Shown: piece by piece, positions 52,200-64,000 of the stretch
Numbering within the stretch: the first letter of the stretch is position 1
Layout: each line of letters starts with the position of its first letter
NCBI GenBank assembly: GCA_951406725.2
Contig: OX597825.1
Coordinates: 57,722,001-57,786,000, forward strand
DNA length: 64,000 bases
Origin: Octopus vulgaris
Taxonomy: Eukaryota
Reading direction: 5' to 3'
Position numbers and translations under genes: made by a program
Notes under the pieces: model-generated
Seen by the model: the letters and a program-made list of their open reading frames with translations, nothing else
Databases searched by the model: none
What the model was told of the DNA's origin: nothing

Positions 52200-52940
52200 G
52201 AAACCATTCCTGTGTTGCAAAATGGTCTAACTAATTGATTCCTGAATAGTTGTAAGCCTGTGTTTAATTTTATTTTCTTAAATGTCTTTCTTTATTTTCT
52301 TACTTGCTGGACTGAAGATGGGACACTACTCGTGCCGCTCACTGGCCCTTTTACATCAGTAGTACTGATGCTGATAACATTCTGCTTAAACTATTGCATG
52401 TCAATGCCTGCAGGGATGAGAGTAACAGATAAGGAGTTCCAGAGGATAACCTTCTGGGGAGGAAGGACAAGACATAATGGTTATCTGGATACAAGATAGA
52501 TTACGAGAAGAGTACAGGTGAGGGAGTCGTAGGTACCTGAGTACAGGTTGCACAAGCTCAATCGACGCCGAATAACAGAGAGAATGATATTAATATTCTT
52601 AATTAACTTTCATCTCTTAAAGGTCGACTTGGCACAATTTTTCAATCCTATTCTCATATAATTTCCTCTAACCTGAAGCAGTGTTTCTAATTGTTTATAA
52701 TCTTACAAGGTACATTCTGACGTCATCCATATGCATAAGATGGCTGATAGTCCTCGCTTAGTGTCCAAATCTAGCCAGGGTGACATTTTGGTTAAGGATG
52801 TTCGCACTAGGTATAAAATGTAGAGATAGAAGTCTTTGAATATTCCTCTTCTTATGCAGTGAATTTTTGTAATTTTCCATTTGTTTGTATTTGTAGAAAT
52901 GTTTGCCATTTACTCTCAATGTATTTAATGCACCTCCTTA
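52200..52940 (-). pseudogene. Putative decayed LRR fragments
   Basis: KIHCIRRGIFKDFYLYILYLVRTSLTKM (ORF 52703-52909), KLYENRIEKL and LCNLYSGTYDSLT. Confidence 0.45.
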
Positions 52941-53139
52941 TAAACCCTTTGAACCCGGGAGGCCACATGGTTTTGTGTGCGCGGTTGAAAATAATGTTTC
53001 TGTTAAGTAGCAAGCCGTAAACTCAAAACTGTATGACTGTCCACTTTTGCGTCGTCCAGGGGTATAGTCAAACGAAATTGTGCCCGTTAAATTGTTCACG
53101 CAGTTTCAAAGGGTTACTAGTGCAAACTTAATTATCGCA

Positions 53140-53500
53140 AATATTTTCAGGATTCACGTATGGATAAAACTATCAAAAGCCTTCTAGTCGTCAAGCCATG
53201 CCACCCCAATACCCTTCTTCTTCTTCTTTCTGCTGTTTTTGGTTTTGGGTTTATTGATTAGTAATTTATCTTTACAACCATATTGTCGGTTAATTTTTCT
53301 AGATTTATATTATTTTTGCAATATTACTGCAGTCAATGTTTTGTTATCTGCAGAAAAGCAGGTTAGAACTCTGTAATTTTTAGTGTTTACTGTTTCTTTA
53401 GCTTTAGGAATTAAAATGTTATTCCTCTCGGTGAACCAGTCAAGAGCTGTAAGCAACTTCCTTAGCATTTCATTAATCTTCTCTATTAGCAAATTCACTC
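53140..53500 (-). mobile_element. R4/Dong-like RT fragment
   Basis: LIPKAKETVNTKNYRVLTC and GCKDKLLIN..VAWLDD*KAFDS. Confidence 0.7.
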
Positions 53501-54014
53501 CACCAAAACTATTCCCAAACTCATGTTGTAGGCGGAGGAGGGTTTGCGATGGGTCAGCAAGCCATCCTATAGAATAGCTAACCGTTACCGAATCTACAAA
53601 AATCAGAAGGTTCTGGAGGCCTGATGTTCTTTGAACAGGAGCGCTTTCAGCATATCATGAGTCCCTGGTAATAGGATTTACTTGAAAGTTGAGATCTTAC
53701 ATTAGTCTGGATTCTTCCAGTTGTTTGTTTGTGGGACGCAGTATAAAAGTCACTGGCATATTTAGTTACAACCTCTTAAAACTTAAGCTCATATCTCGCC
53801 AGGGTCAAATATATTTCACATTCTTCTTCATTTGAAAAAAAACCCCAGGTAAACGTCAACTATTAGAGTCTATATGATAAACTGTATTACTGCACACAAT
53901 ATATAGCAGTGAGAATATTTTAGAAAATATCATCATCATCATCCTTCTCCTCCTCATCATCCTCATCCTCATCCTCATCCTTATCATCATCATAATTATC
54001 ATCATCAATATCAT

Positions 54015-54940
54015 CGGTATTTTACCCGTCGCTACGTTGTGAGTTCAAATTCCGCCGAGGTCGACTTTGCTTTTCATGCTTTCGGGGGTAGATAAATTAA
54101 GCACCAGTCAAGTACGGGTGTCCATGTAATCGAATTTCTTCTCCCCAAAAATATAAGGCCTTGTGCCTATAGAAGAAAGGATTATTATTATTATTATGTT
54201 TTGAAAAGGATTGACGTAACTCTTCACAAAAGTAAACAGTCGAGACAAAGAGTACAATTCGATTGTAAGATATTTTATAAGTTGAACGATATTTCAACAG
54301 TAAGTCTGTCATTGTCAAGTTCAAAATAAGAATTCTTGATGGCATTTCTACGGACTCTTTACGCACAGGGCTTGATTTTTAGGGACGGGGATTTAAAGGT
54401 TAAATTTTGTAATTCATCCTTTCAGACTTGATATAATAAAGTACCAATGAAGTAGTGGGATCAATTGGATCAACTAATTCCTTCACTAAACTGTTGTCTT
54501 TGTGTCTAAATTAAAAACTATTCTTAATAGCAGTGAGTTCGCAGAATATTTAGGGCATCGAACAAAAAGCCTAGCGGTATTTCTTCTGACTCATTAGGTC
54601 CTGAGATCAAATTCGGCCATGGTCAACTTCCTTTCTTGGTCAAGTAATAAGTACCAGTTGAGGACTGGGATCGATGTAATCGATTAACCCCTTCCTTTAA
54701 ATATGCTGGCCTTCCAAAAAATATTTGTAAAGGCAGCGATCAGACAGAATCTAACACGCCGGATAAAATGCTTAGCGGCATTTTTTCTGGCTTTGTGTTC
54801 TGAGTTCAAGTGTCGTCAACTTTGCTTTGCAACCTTTCGGAGTCGATAAGGTTAGTAGCAGTTGAGCACTGGGATTAATTTAGTTGTTTAGTTCCATCCT
54901 ACCAAATTTCAAGCCTTGTGCTTATTTGAGAAAGGATTAC
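54015..54940 (+). mobile_element. Several family A SINE copies
   Basis: Core and B-box motifs at 54040, 54600 and 54800. Confidence 0.7.
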
Positions 54941-55923
54941 TATAGTTATTAGCAACACTGTCGTGTGACTGAATTTTGCGCTCCCATTTCTAGTAAAATG
55001 TCTGTTGGTTCTGTTTCGGAAGGGACGTGATACGATAAACAGAATTTATTAATGTATATTTTTATGGTGGTATATGAAAAAAAAAACATGGCGAGTGATA
55101 GGTGCTAACTATCACAAATGCTCAACAAAGCTTAAAAAGCAAAACAAAACAAAAACTAAATATTTGGCACCAATCCTACAGAAATTAATTGTCAGGAAAT
55201 ATAAGATAAGTGGTTTTGAAGAACTTCGAAGAAAAATACTTCACAATTTTGTATGTTTATTTTTTTATTAAACGTTTAATTTGTTTTATCTTTTATTCTA
55301 TTACGTACAATACTTCAGTTTTTTTTTGTTATCATCCGAAAGAGACAGTCTTGTTATTGTTTATCGAATGCAGACGATAAGAACGTGTAGAAAGGTTAGC
55401 AAACAAAACTGAAATAGGTCATAAGTATATTCAATAAAATTCCTATTCATCAAGATATACATTAGATAAAAAAATATAATTAACTATTTGATGTAATCTT
55501 TATATATATACGTATACACATATACACAGACACATACGCGTGCACTCACACACATGCACACACACACACACATCTATATAAGTATGTCGTGTTGGCTCCA
55601 GTCTGGCTAGAGATTTATGTAGCAAACTTTCTTCATTTTTTGCAAAGTTTCCTCTTTTATTTTCCTACAACAACAACAACAACAATTACATCAAAATCCG
55701 GGCAATCTATTTCTCCTGGCTTGAAGACGCTAAAAAGAGTTAAACTTAATTGCTGCACTTAATTTTTGCACTAATTACTTTGTTCTTCGTTATTGATGTG
55801 TGTATCAAAAAGCGTCTGCAGAGGTAACAGAGTGCCAGACGGAAGTCTTCGCACCAAATTCTTCGGTATCTGGTTGTCTACCGCACCGTCGATTAAGCAT
55901 ATAAATATATATTATTAAGAACA

Positions 55924-55970
<47 letters not shown>

Positions 55971-55999
55971 ATAGATATAACAAATAGTTTAATATTAAG

Positions 56000-56210
56000 A
56001 TGAGCTGGCGGAATCGCTAAGGCACCGGGGAAAATGCTTAGCGCCATTTCTTCCAACTTTACGTTCTGAGTTCCAATAGCGCCGGGATCCACTTTGCCTT
56101 CCATCCTTTCGAAGTCGATAAAATAAATACCAGTTAAGCACTAAGGTCGATGTAGTCGACTTATTTCTACCCCGAAATTGCTGGCCTTATGCCAAAATTT
56201 GAAACCAATA
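56000..56210 (+). mobile_element. Family A SINE
   Basis: GAGCTGGCGGAATCGCTA head and CCTTCCATCCTTTCG core. Confidence 0.78.
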
Positions 56211-56299
56211 TTAAGGCGTTCTTATCCGGTATTTCACTGCAATATTTATATAGAAAATTCACTGAAACCAATCTATAAATTTTTACGACAAAAATGTCA

Positions 56300-57530
56300 C
56301 ACGTGTTCATTTATTATCATACAAACCCAAGAAGAATTCCAAATTGGAAAGGTAAAATTGAAATTATTGAATTAATGAAAGGTGAAATATCAAAATTGAA
56401 TGGACTAATGTGGAAACGATGTAAAAACCAGAAAAGGAAGACAGATGAAAAGAAAACAGATTCTCACCAAGAGCTGCTTTTAGCAAAATACTGCAATAAA
56501 AAATCCAAGCAAAAGCTCAAATAATACGAAGATTTGAGAAAAGAAACAAATTTTACACGCAAAATAAGCTGTTCACATCCAATGCGAAAACATTCTATCG
56601 AGAAATAGGGAAGGAGAAAATAACTGTTGAAGACACCACTTCCATGGAAGAAGTTGAAAACTTCTGGAAAAATATCTGGAGTGATGAAAAGATTTACAAT
56701 GAAAATGAAGACTGGATTAGACATACAGAATGATCCTACCAAAACGTACCAGAACAAGCATGGGAAGACATCCCAATAGCAGATATAAGAATGACACTCA
56801 CAAAGGCTCATAAGTGAAAATACCCTGGTAATGAAAGGGTGCCAAATTTCTGGCTCACCTCAGTCCCGTGTGCACACGAAAAGTTAGTCTAATTATTCAA
56901 TGAAATTATGAGATATCCTACGAAAACACCTCATTAGTTAGCAAGAGGTGTTACTTACCTATTCCCGAAGAATAATGAAAGCAAATCTCCCCAAAACTAT
57001 CCGCCCATGTCTGTGTACAGCGTATAAAATTTTAACGTCCATCCTCGTGGAGAAAACAGGAGTGTTACAGGAGAGTTCGAGTAGTCCTAAAATCCAAGTT
57101 AAATACACATAACAAAGTGTTATGTATAAATTCTTTAGGAGTTCCTGTTGTTATTTACAGTTTCAGTGTGTTGAACTGGAATATGAGCGAAATAAGAAAG
57201 ATTGACAGGCAAACGAACCAGATATTGTTGTGAAAGACTAAAACAATGAAGTCTGTTTATTGATTGAAATTAGCATAACCTATGACCATAATATCTCGAC
57301 AAAAGAATTTGATAAGCTCATAAAATATAAAGATTTGCTAATCGAAATCGAAAAGATGTGGCATCTCAAGACGGTTACAATAATAATGATTGTAGGAGCA
57401 CTTGCAATGATCGAAAAAGGAACTGAAAATTATTTAAGAATGATCCCTGGCTTACCATCCGTACAGGAAGTGCAAAAGATTGTCTTAACTGATACGTCAC
57501 ACGTATTGAGAAGAGCATTGTTGCTGAAAA
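56300..57530 (+). mobile_element. Internally deleted R4/Dong-clade LINE (pre-RT region joined to the REL endonuclease)
   Basis: FYREIGKE..EEVENFWKNIW, PGNERVPNFWL and RGVTYLFPK..PQNYPP, then NEPDIVVKD..LIEISITYDHN..KLIKYKDL..IVGAL (PD-D/ExK REL domain). Confidence 0.82.
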
Positions 57531-57833
57531 TTTTCTCTCCCCTTTTCCCTTTATTTTCTCTGTTTACTTTTTATTTTTTATTTTTCTCTGTCTTTCTTCC
57601 CCTTTTTCTCTCTAACATGACTTTGTAAATGGAGGATAATTAGGTTGTTTATTTTAATGGTCTACCAATGTATACAATGTGTTTATCTGCCCTAGGGATA
57701 GGGGACTAGTCGACTACATTGACCGTTAGTGCTCAACTCGACTTCAGCGGAATTTGAACACAGAACGTAGCGACTGACAAAATACCGTTAAACATTTCAT
57801 CCAGCGTGCTGACGATTCTGCCAGTTCACCGCC

Positions 57834-57882
<49 letters not shown>

Positions 57883-57990
57883 CAACAACAAGAGGAAAAC
57901 TCGTTTCTTCATAGTGTAAATACTCATAAGATATAATACATAGTATCTTTTTATCAATATGAAAAGCGTCTCTGCTGCTTGAAGAAAATA

Positions 57991-58554
57991 CGTGGTCTGA
58001 TCAATAAGTATCCGAACTGTTGCTATAATAATGAAGCTAAAGCACCGAGAGTAAAGCTGCTGGGCACAGTGATAATGGACTGAAAAGAATCGTAAATAAT
58101 CTGCACAACCTCTGATAACTCACGGATGGTGATTCGACGATTTTCCCTCACGGCTGTACGCACATCTGCGATGTTTTTCTCAGTTTTGCTGTTTGCGGGT
58201 CTCCCAGAACGTTCGTCAATATCGATATGTTTTCGGCCATCTTGGAAATGTCTGAATCACTCGTACACTTGTGTGCGGCTCATACACTCCTCTCCATACA
58301 CTTTCTGCAACTTTGCGTCGGCCTCTGAACAGGTATCGCTATGACAACTTTCTCTGTCATGGTCAATGCGACGATTACACACTACATACCTTCCTTCCAA
58401 GCACTGCTGTAAACAGCATAAGTGAGCTAGAACGCTAAAACTTAGTGCATATGCACAGCAAAGTTGAAAGTAAATCTTTGCCAAGCGGCTTTACTCTGCA
58501 TGCTTTACCTTAGTTACTATGACAACAGTCCGGATACTTATTTATCATACTTCG
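57991..58554 (-). mobile_element. Mariner-derived MITE/deletion derivative
   Basis: TIRs CGTGGTCTGATCAATAAGTATCCGAACTG and CAGTCCGGATACTTATTTATCATACTTCG with TA TSD; KLQKVYGEECMSRTQVYE HTH remnant. Confidence 0.85.
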
Positions 58555-58924
58555 TACATTATATGTTAAACAGGAGACTTACAAATATCTATGATAACTC
58601 CCACAAAGCAGGGGGTGAAAGACCGTGTGCAATTGAAGAGGGGATAATTTTTAAATTTATGCAAACACAAATAATTACACAATATAAATGAGTATAATAT
58701 ACTAATTACACGATAAAGTCTTAAATACAAAAAACAAAAGAGAAGCACAACCACCTACATCTAGGTGGGGAGCCGCCACCTTTTTTGATCAGGGCATGGT
58801 ACATTCCTGCTTAGGCAACCTCTCTAATTCCTACTTTCTAGCTTGAGATACCGGAATATTCCGCGAGTAGCTCTTGGATTCCAGTGGACAAGTGCGAATC
58901 TAGTTTATGAAGTTCGTTAAATTA

Positions 58925-60200
58925 TGAGGGTGGGCTGAAAAGTCGAAATGCTTACTATGAATGGATGATGCTACAGCTGGGAAATCTTGAATGCATTTCT
59001 TATTAATAACTGCATTGTTTTTTTCCAGATAAATTGACATCTAACTGTTCAAAGAAGGCTTCAAATGTAACTAGTAATGACTTCTCTTGAAAATGGACAC
59101 AATTTGGCACCGTGGTGTTTTCAAGTACCTGCAAAAAAAGGGTTTATCCCCTCCAAAGACATTCATGCTGACATCATTGCTACATTAGGGGATGACGCTT
59201 TAGCTTTATCAACAGTGCAGAAATGGGCAGCTGGCTTTAGGAGGGAAGAGAGAGCCTTGAAGATGATCCAAGGTCTGGACGGCCTGTAAATGCTAAAGAA
59301 AGCATTGATCGTGCTCACCACATGACAGATGACAGGTGATTGGCTATAAATCAAATAAGCAATGCTTTTTAGTATATCCCGAGTGAGAGTTGGAAATATT
59401 CTGCACAATGAACTTGGCATTATGAAGAATTCTACTTAGTGTGTACCATGTCTTCTGGCACTTGATCAAAGTGCACCAGGCTGATCACATCATGGGAAAA
59501 TTTGATATTGTTTGAGGCAGATCCAGTTGATTTCCTTTAACGTTACCTTAGCCAGGATGAATGTTGGGTTCATCATTTTGAGCCAGAGACAAGGAGACAA
59601 TCCATGCAGTGGAAATGCCCTCCTCGCTCGCTCCAAAGAAGACCAAGGTCGTTTCATCTCCAGAGAAGTTGATGGCCTCAGGTTTTTGGTTGAAAAAGGT
59701 ATTGTGTTTATTGACTATGGTCAAAAGGGCCACACCATCAATGGAGAATACTGTTCCAACTTTCTGGGGCAGTTATGAAAGGCTATCATAACCAAACGCT
59801 CAGGAAAACTGGCGAAAGGAGTCTTGTTTTATCAGGACAATGTTCCCACATACAAGTCCTCCGTTTCAATGGCTGCTGTACGTAATTGTGGCTTTGAACT
59901 GGTTGATCACTCTCCCTAATCTCCTGACCTGGCCCCATCTGACTATCATCTGTAACCCAACATGGAAAAAATCACTTGGCTGGGAACCAGTTACGCAATG
60001 ATGATGACGTCATTTCTGATGTTGATGAATCTTTTGACCAAAAGTATGAAAGCTTTTTCTCCAATGGGATCCAAGCATCGCAACACCGATGGAAGAAGTG
60101 TGATGATTGCAAGGGTGACTATATTGAAATATAAACTTCATTTTGGTCACATTCTATGAGAATATCTCGGTCAGCTTATGAACGTTTCAGCCGACCCTCG
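58925..60200 (+). mobile_element. Near full-length decayed mariner
   Basis: TIRs GAGGGTGGGCTGAAA and TTTCAGCCGACCCTCG with TA TSD. Peptides TLGDDALALSTVQKWAAGF, QDECWVHHFEP, TINGEYC, QDNVP and SPDLAPSDYHL. Confidence 0.9.
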
Positions 60201-60632
60201 TATAACGTCTCTTAATATCTATCGGAAATTTGTATAACTATTCTGTTCGTTTTGTGCTGCTGTACATATATTCTGTCATTAGTGTGCTACTGTACTATTG
60301 TTCTCTGTCCTTTTTATACTGTTGGAATTGTAACCCCATCGCCTTCTCAGTTCATACATCGTCTGGAAAATACTGGTGTATGTCGTATACTTTTCTCGTT
60401 CTAATTCATGGTTGATGTTTCGTGAGTTAATTGTGCGGAACTTTTTGAAAAGCCTTCTGCTACTCAAATCAATCCACGCTGATATCAATTTTTGCTTCTT
60501 CACTGGATTTTTCTTATGTCTTCTTTGAGCAATAATCATTCAATACTACAAAATAACAGAATAAATGTAATATGTATGTATAAATACACCTTCCATCATC
60601 ATCATCATCTTCTTCCTCCTCCTCCTTATCAT

Positions 60633-60664
<32 letters not shown>

Positions 60665-61559
60665 GTAGCAGCAGCGGCAGTTCCTTGTAATCGCCATAAG
60701 GCTTGTTTGAATTATAGATGCTGATTATCTCACATATATGTATAAAAGTATAGAATTCTGCCGGATGGATTGTATCTGCAATTCAGCAGTTACAGCCTTC
60801 TCACATTGTGCGTTACGTTGGATCTATCGGAATATTACATTAAGAGTACACTTATCCGTATGAATTACTCGCTCCTGAATTAATGTATACCTATCACGTA
60901 ATTCTCTGGTAGAACCAGCGTGGCACACTGATTACCTTTTAAATGACAGGTACACGCAACAACCTTCTTTGCAGTTTTGATTGATTCAGTTTCACTCTTA
61001 AGATATAGGTTCACCTGAGGCTATAGAAAATGGCACTCGCTCAAGATTCCACGAAGTGAATTACTTAACCATTCGGGCATACTGCGTTCACACACACACA
61101 CACACACACACACAGGCACGCGCGCGCGCACACACACACATGCACGCACTCGCACCATCAGTAACAATGGCGATATTGAAACTCACGTCAACCAAGCTAG
61201 CAAAACCGCAGCCGTATCCTAGAGAAGGTGCACTATCTGGTTCTCCAACACCATCGGTTTACACAAATATCCGGCAATATAACAGTATAGTTTGATTAAA
61301 AGAAGGAAAAATAATGAGGTAAGATAAAATTTTCGTGAAATTAAAGCTTTGGGAAAATATATGTGAAATAAGCAATCAATCACCGAAATAATTACCTCAA
61401 AATTACTTAACCAAGGAAACAATGAGGAAGAAAAAAAACTAGGCAACGGAAGGGAGGGAGTAACAAGGAGTACATCCCTATCCGAATAACGTATTTAACC
61501 GCGCCCCGTGTACATAATAGCATAGGCATTGCTGCAGAGAATGGTCAGCCACACTTATA

Positions 61560-61993
61560 GTTCACCAACATTTCTCTACGGCAGTGACATATATAGAAGA
61601 GCGCCGTGAAAATTGACGGAAAGGTAGATGTGTTTCACTAAACATGTTTGTGATGGATTCTGAGAACGTACTGTTAAGACCACGTGACCAAACGAAGACA
61701 TTCTAAAAGAGAGCCAACACAAAACCACTTCGCGAAAGCATTACAAGACGAAGATTAAAGCTAGCAAGTCATCCACTTTGCCTACCAGGAGAACGCCATT
61801 CTAAAACAACTTTCAAAGGGATACAGCCGGAGAGTGGTGGGCCGATGAGAAAGTCGAAAACTACATGGCACACACCACTCATAACCGACATGAGAGAGGT
61901 GAATATCACACGCCCGGATGTCACATGCCAACCTACAGAGATCAATGGCGTCTACTTGCTGCCCAGCGTGCTCAAGAGTACATGAGAAACTAA
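61560..61993 (+). mobile_element. RTE LINE 3' end fragment
   Basis: KVDVFH*TCL*WILR..DHVTNEDILKRANTKPLRESITRRRLKLASH..KSKTTW..DQWR, a typical RTE C-terminus. Confidence 0.75.
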
Positions 61994-62004
61994 TACCGAT
62001 ACTG

Positions 62005-62062
62005 ACATACATATATACATACATGCATACATACATGTATACATACATACATATATATATAT

Positions 62063-62124
<62 letters not shown>

Positions 62125-62196
62125 TATATACATACATATATATACATATATATATGTATATATGTATATATATATATATGTGTGTGTGTATATATG

Positions 62197-62228
<32 letters not shown>

Positions 62229-62245
62229 CATACATACATATATAC

Positions 62246-62290
<45 letters not shown>
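62005..62290. repeat. Complex (TA)n/(TACA)n tract
   Basis: Seen directly. Confidence 0.95.
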
Positions 62291-62295
<5 letters not shown>

Positions 62296-62520
62296 TACAG
62301 ACATACATTCACACACACACAAGTCTGTGTATATAAATACATATATATACAAGCATACATTCAAACATACACACACATATCTGTGTGTACTGTAATTCTC
62401 CCTCCTGCCGAATTACAACTAAATCCGTTTTCTTGTCATGACTATCGTATTACGAAATAAAACCCGCTACTGGAAAAGAAAATGCGATAACTATCAAATA
62501 ATATATACCTCGAATAACGT

Positions 62521-62565
62521 GTTTACCATAGAAACAGTAACATAGAAACCGGGTTGCCAGGCAAC
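62521..62565. promoter_or_regulatory. Candidate RFX X-box cluster
   Basis: GTTGCCAGGCAAC (62553-62565) fits GTNRCC-N0-3-RGYAAC, preceded by TTTACCATAGAAAC and GTAACATAGAAAC. Confidence 0.4.
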
Positions 62566-62978
62566 GAACTTTTTTTTATCTAAATGCAGACATACAGTAC
62601 CCCGAAGTTTGTTTTCTAACAAACCCCTGTGATTTATTTGTTGCTAATAAAATTTCAAAATGTACGACATAATACTTGTATGGGAATCTTATATTTACTC
62701 TATAAATTATTATATTATAGCTTTTTGCAGTAATTTTTGTACGTTTGTCATTCAATTTGATAACTGAGTCATTCAAAGTCGCGAAAATAATTAGCACCAT
62801 GAAGTTAGTCATTCAAATTCGTTTTTCAATCATTCAATTTTGCACTTCCGTTAAAGAATTTACGTCATTCAAATTAAAATGCCCGTCGGGAGTATTCAGA
62901 AAAGTCGGGTTGCGAGGAAGAGTCTTTTAGAGCATTCAAATTCACACGTGAGCATTCGAGTTCGGAATAAGTTTATTC

Positions 62979-63396
62979 CTTTTCTACTCTAGGTACAAGG
63001 CCCGAAACTATGGGGGAGGGGACAATCGATTAGATCGACCCCAGTACGCAACTGGTACTTAATTTATCGACCCCGAAAGGATGAAAAGCAAAGTCGACCT
63101 CGGCAGAATTTGAACTCAGAACTAAAAACAAACGAAATACTTCTAAGCATTTCGCCCGGCGTGCAAAAGTTACTTATTTCTTTATTGCCCACAAGGGGCT
63201 AAACACAGAGGGGACAAACAAGGACAGACAAACGGATTAAGTCGATTACATCGACCCCAGTGCGTAACTGGTCCTTAATTTATCGACCCTGAAAGGATGA
63301 AAGGCAAAGTCGACCTCAGCGGAATTTGAACTCAGAACGTAGCGGCGGACGAAATACCACAAAGCATTTCGCCCGGTTTCTGACAGCTCACCGTCT
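62979..63396 (-). mobile_element. Dimeric family A SINE with 18-bp TSD
   Basis: TTCGGAATAAGTTTATTC at 62961-62978 and 63397-63414. Confidence 0.88.
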
Positions 63397-63952
63397 TTCG
63401 GAATAAGTTTATTCAATTTAGCACTAATTTTACATGTATTTTTCCTAACATTCTCAGAAGTGAATGTTAAAAATGACAAATTCAAATGACATGTTTTATC
63501 ATGCAAGTTTTATTATGTTGCTTTAGCTATAAGGAAGAAACAAATTACGTGATTCTTCTCTCGACGAAAGTCTTTTTCGTTGCTACATTCATAACCGGTC
63601 GGTATCAGCATGGAACCACGAACATTTGAAACAATCAGGAAATTAAATGATCTGTGCTACCCTCAAGAACCCATTAGTAAACTGAAAGCTAGCAACGAAC
63701 TTCATGTAGTGCGAGAAAATAAATTATTTGAAGCACGACCTGCACTGAGGGCTAGGAAACAGTGTATAAATGCTAATTCTACCTAAACGAGGCAGAGGCG
63801 GTATATCTAAGTATCAAATAGTCAAAATGAACTGACTACATCGAAATCACTGTTAATTACGACTGGAATAAGGAAATGATAGATGTGGTAGGTTTTAATT
63901 CAATGTTTTTTATTATAATTGTTTTGCTGATCTAGGAAGGTCTGCAACTGCA

Positions 63953-64000
63953 TGTATGTATGTATGTATGTATGTATGTATGTATGTATGTATGTATGTA
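63953..64000. repeat. (TGTA)n microsatellite
   Basis: Seen directly. Confidence 0.97.

Noticed and set aside
62745-62965. CRISPR-like repeat-spacer appearance
   Set aside because: The repeats are only about 9 bp and degenerate, spacing is irregular, there are no cas genes, and the context is eukaryotic.

Overview
This is AT-rich, repeat-dense eukaryotic DNA. Its SINE families resemble those I associate with Octopus (a coleoid cephalopod), but the species call is inference. I found no intact protein-coding gene, rRNA, tRNA or CRISPR array, and most supplied ORFs are microsatellite artefacts. The repeats include dozens of tRNA-headed SINE copies from about three families, eight Tc1/mariner relics (two near full length), a Chapaev-like transposase fragment, CR1, RTE and R4/Dong LINE fragments, a Helentron-like non-autonomous element and long microsatellites. 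There is one 100-N assembly gap. Highlights: (1) a perfect 76-bp-arm foldback at 19824-19980, each arm carrying a Penelope-type minimal hammerhead ribozyme motif; (2) much of the apparently unique DNA between repeats translates, across stops and frameshifts, into LRR-, LRRCT- and TIR-like peptides, suggesting a cluster of decayed Toll-like receptor genes (best case 30750-36600, minus strand); (3) a 1.63-kb ORF1-only zinc-knuckle retroelement with a 15-bp TSD inserted in a SINE tRNA head; (4) a 107-bp GC-rich unit duplicated at 106/107 identity 11.6 kb apart, with pseudoknot potential; (5) a 120-nt G.U-rich hairpin; (6) an RFX X-box cluster near the right end. All alignments and translations were done by eye.
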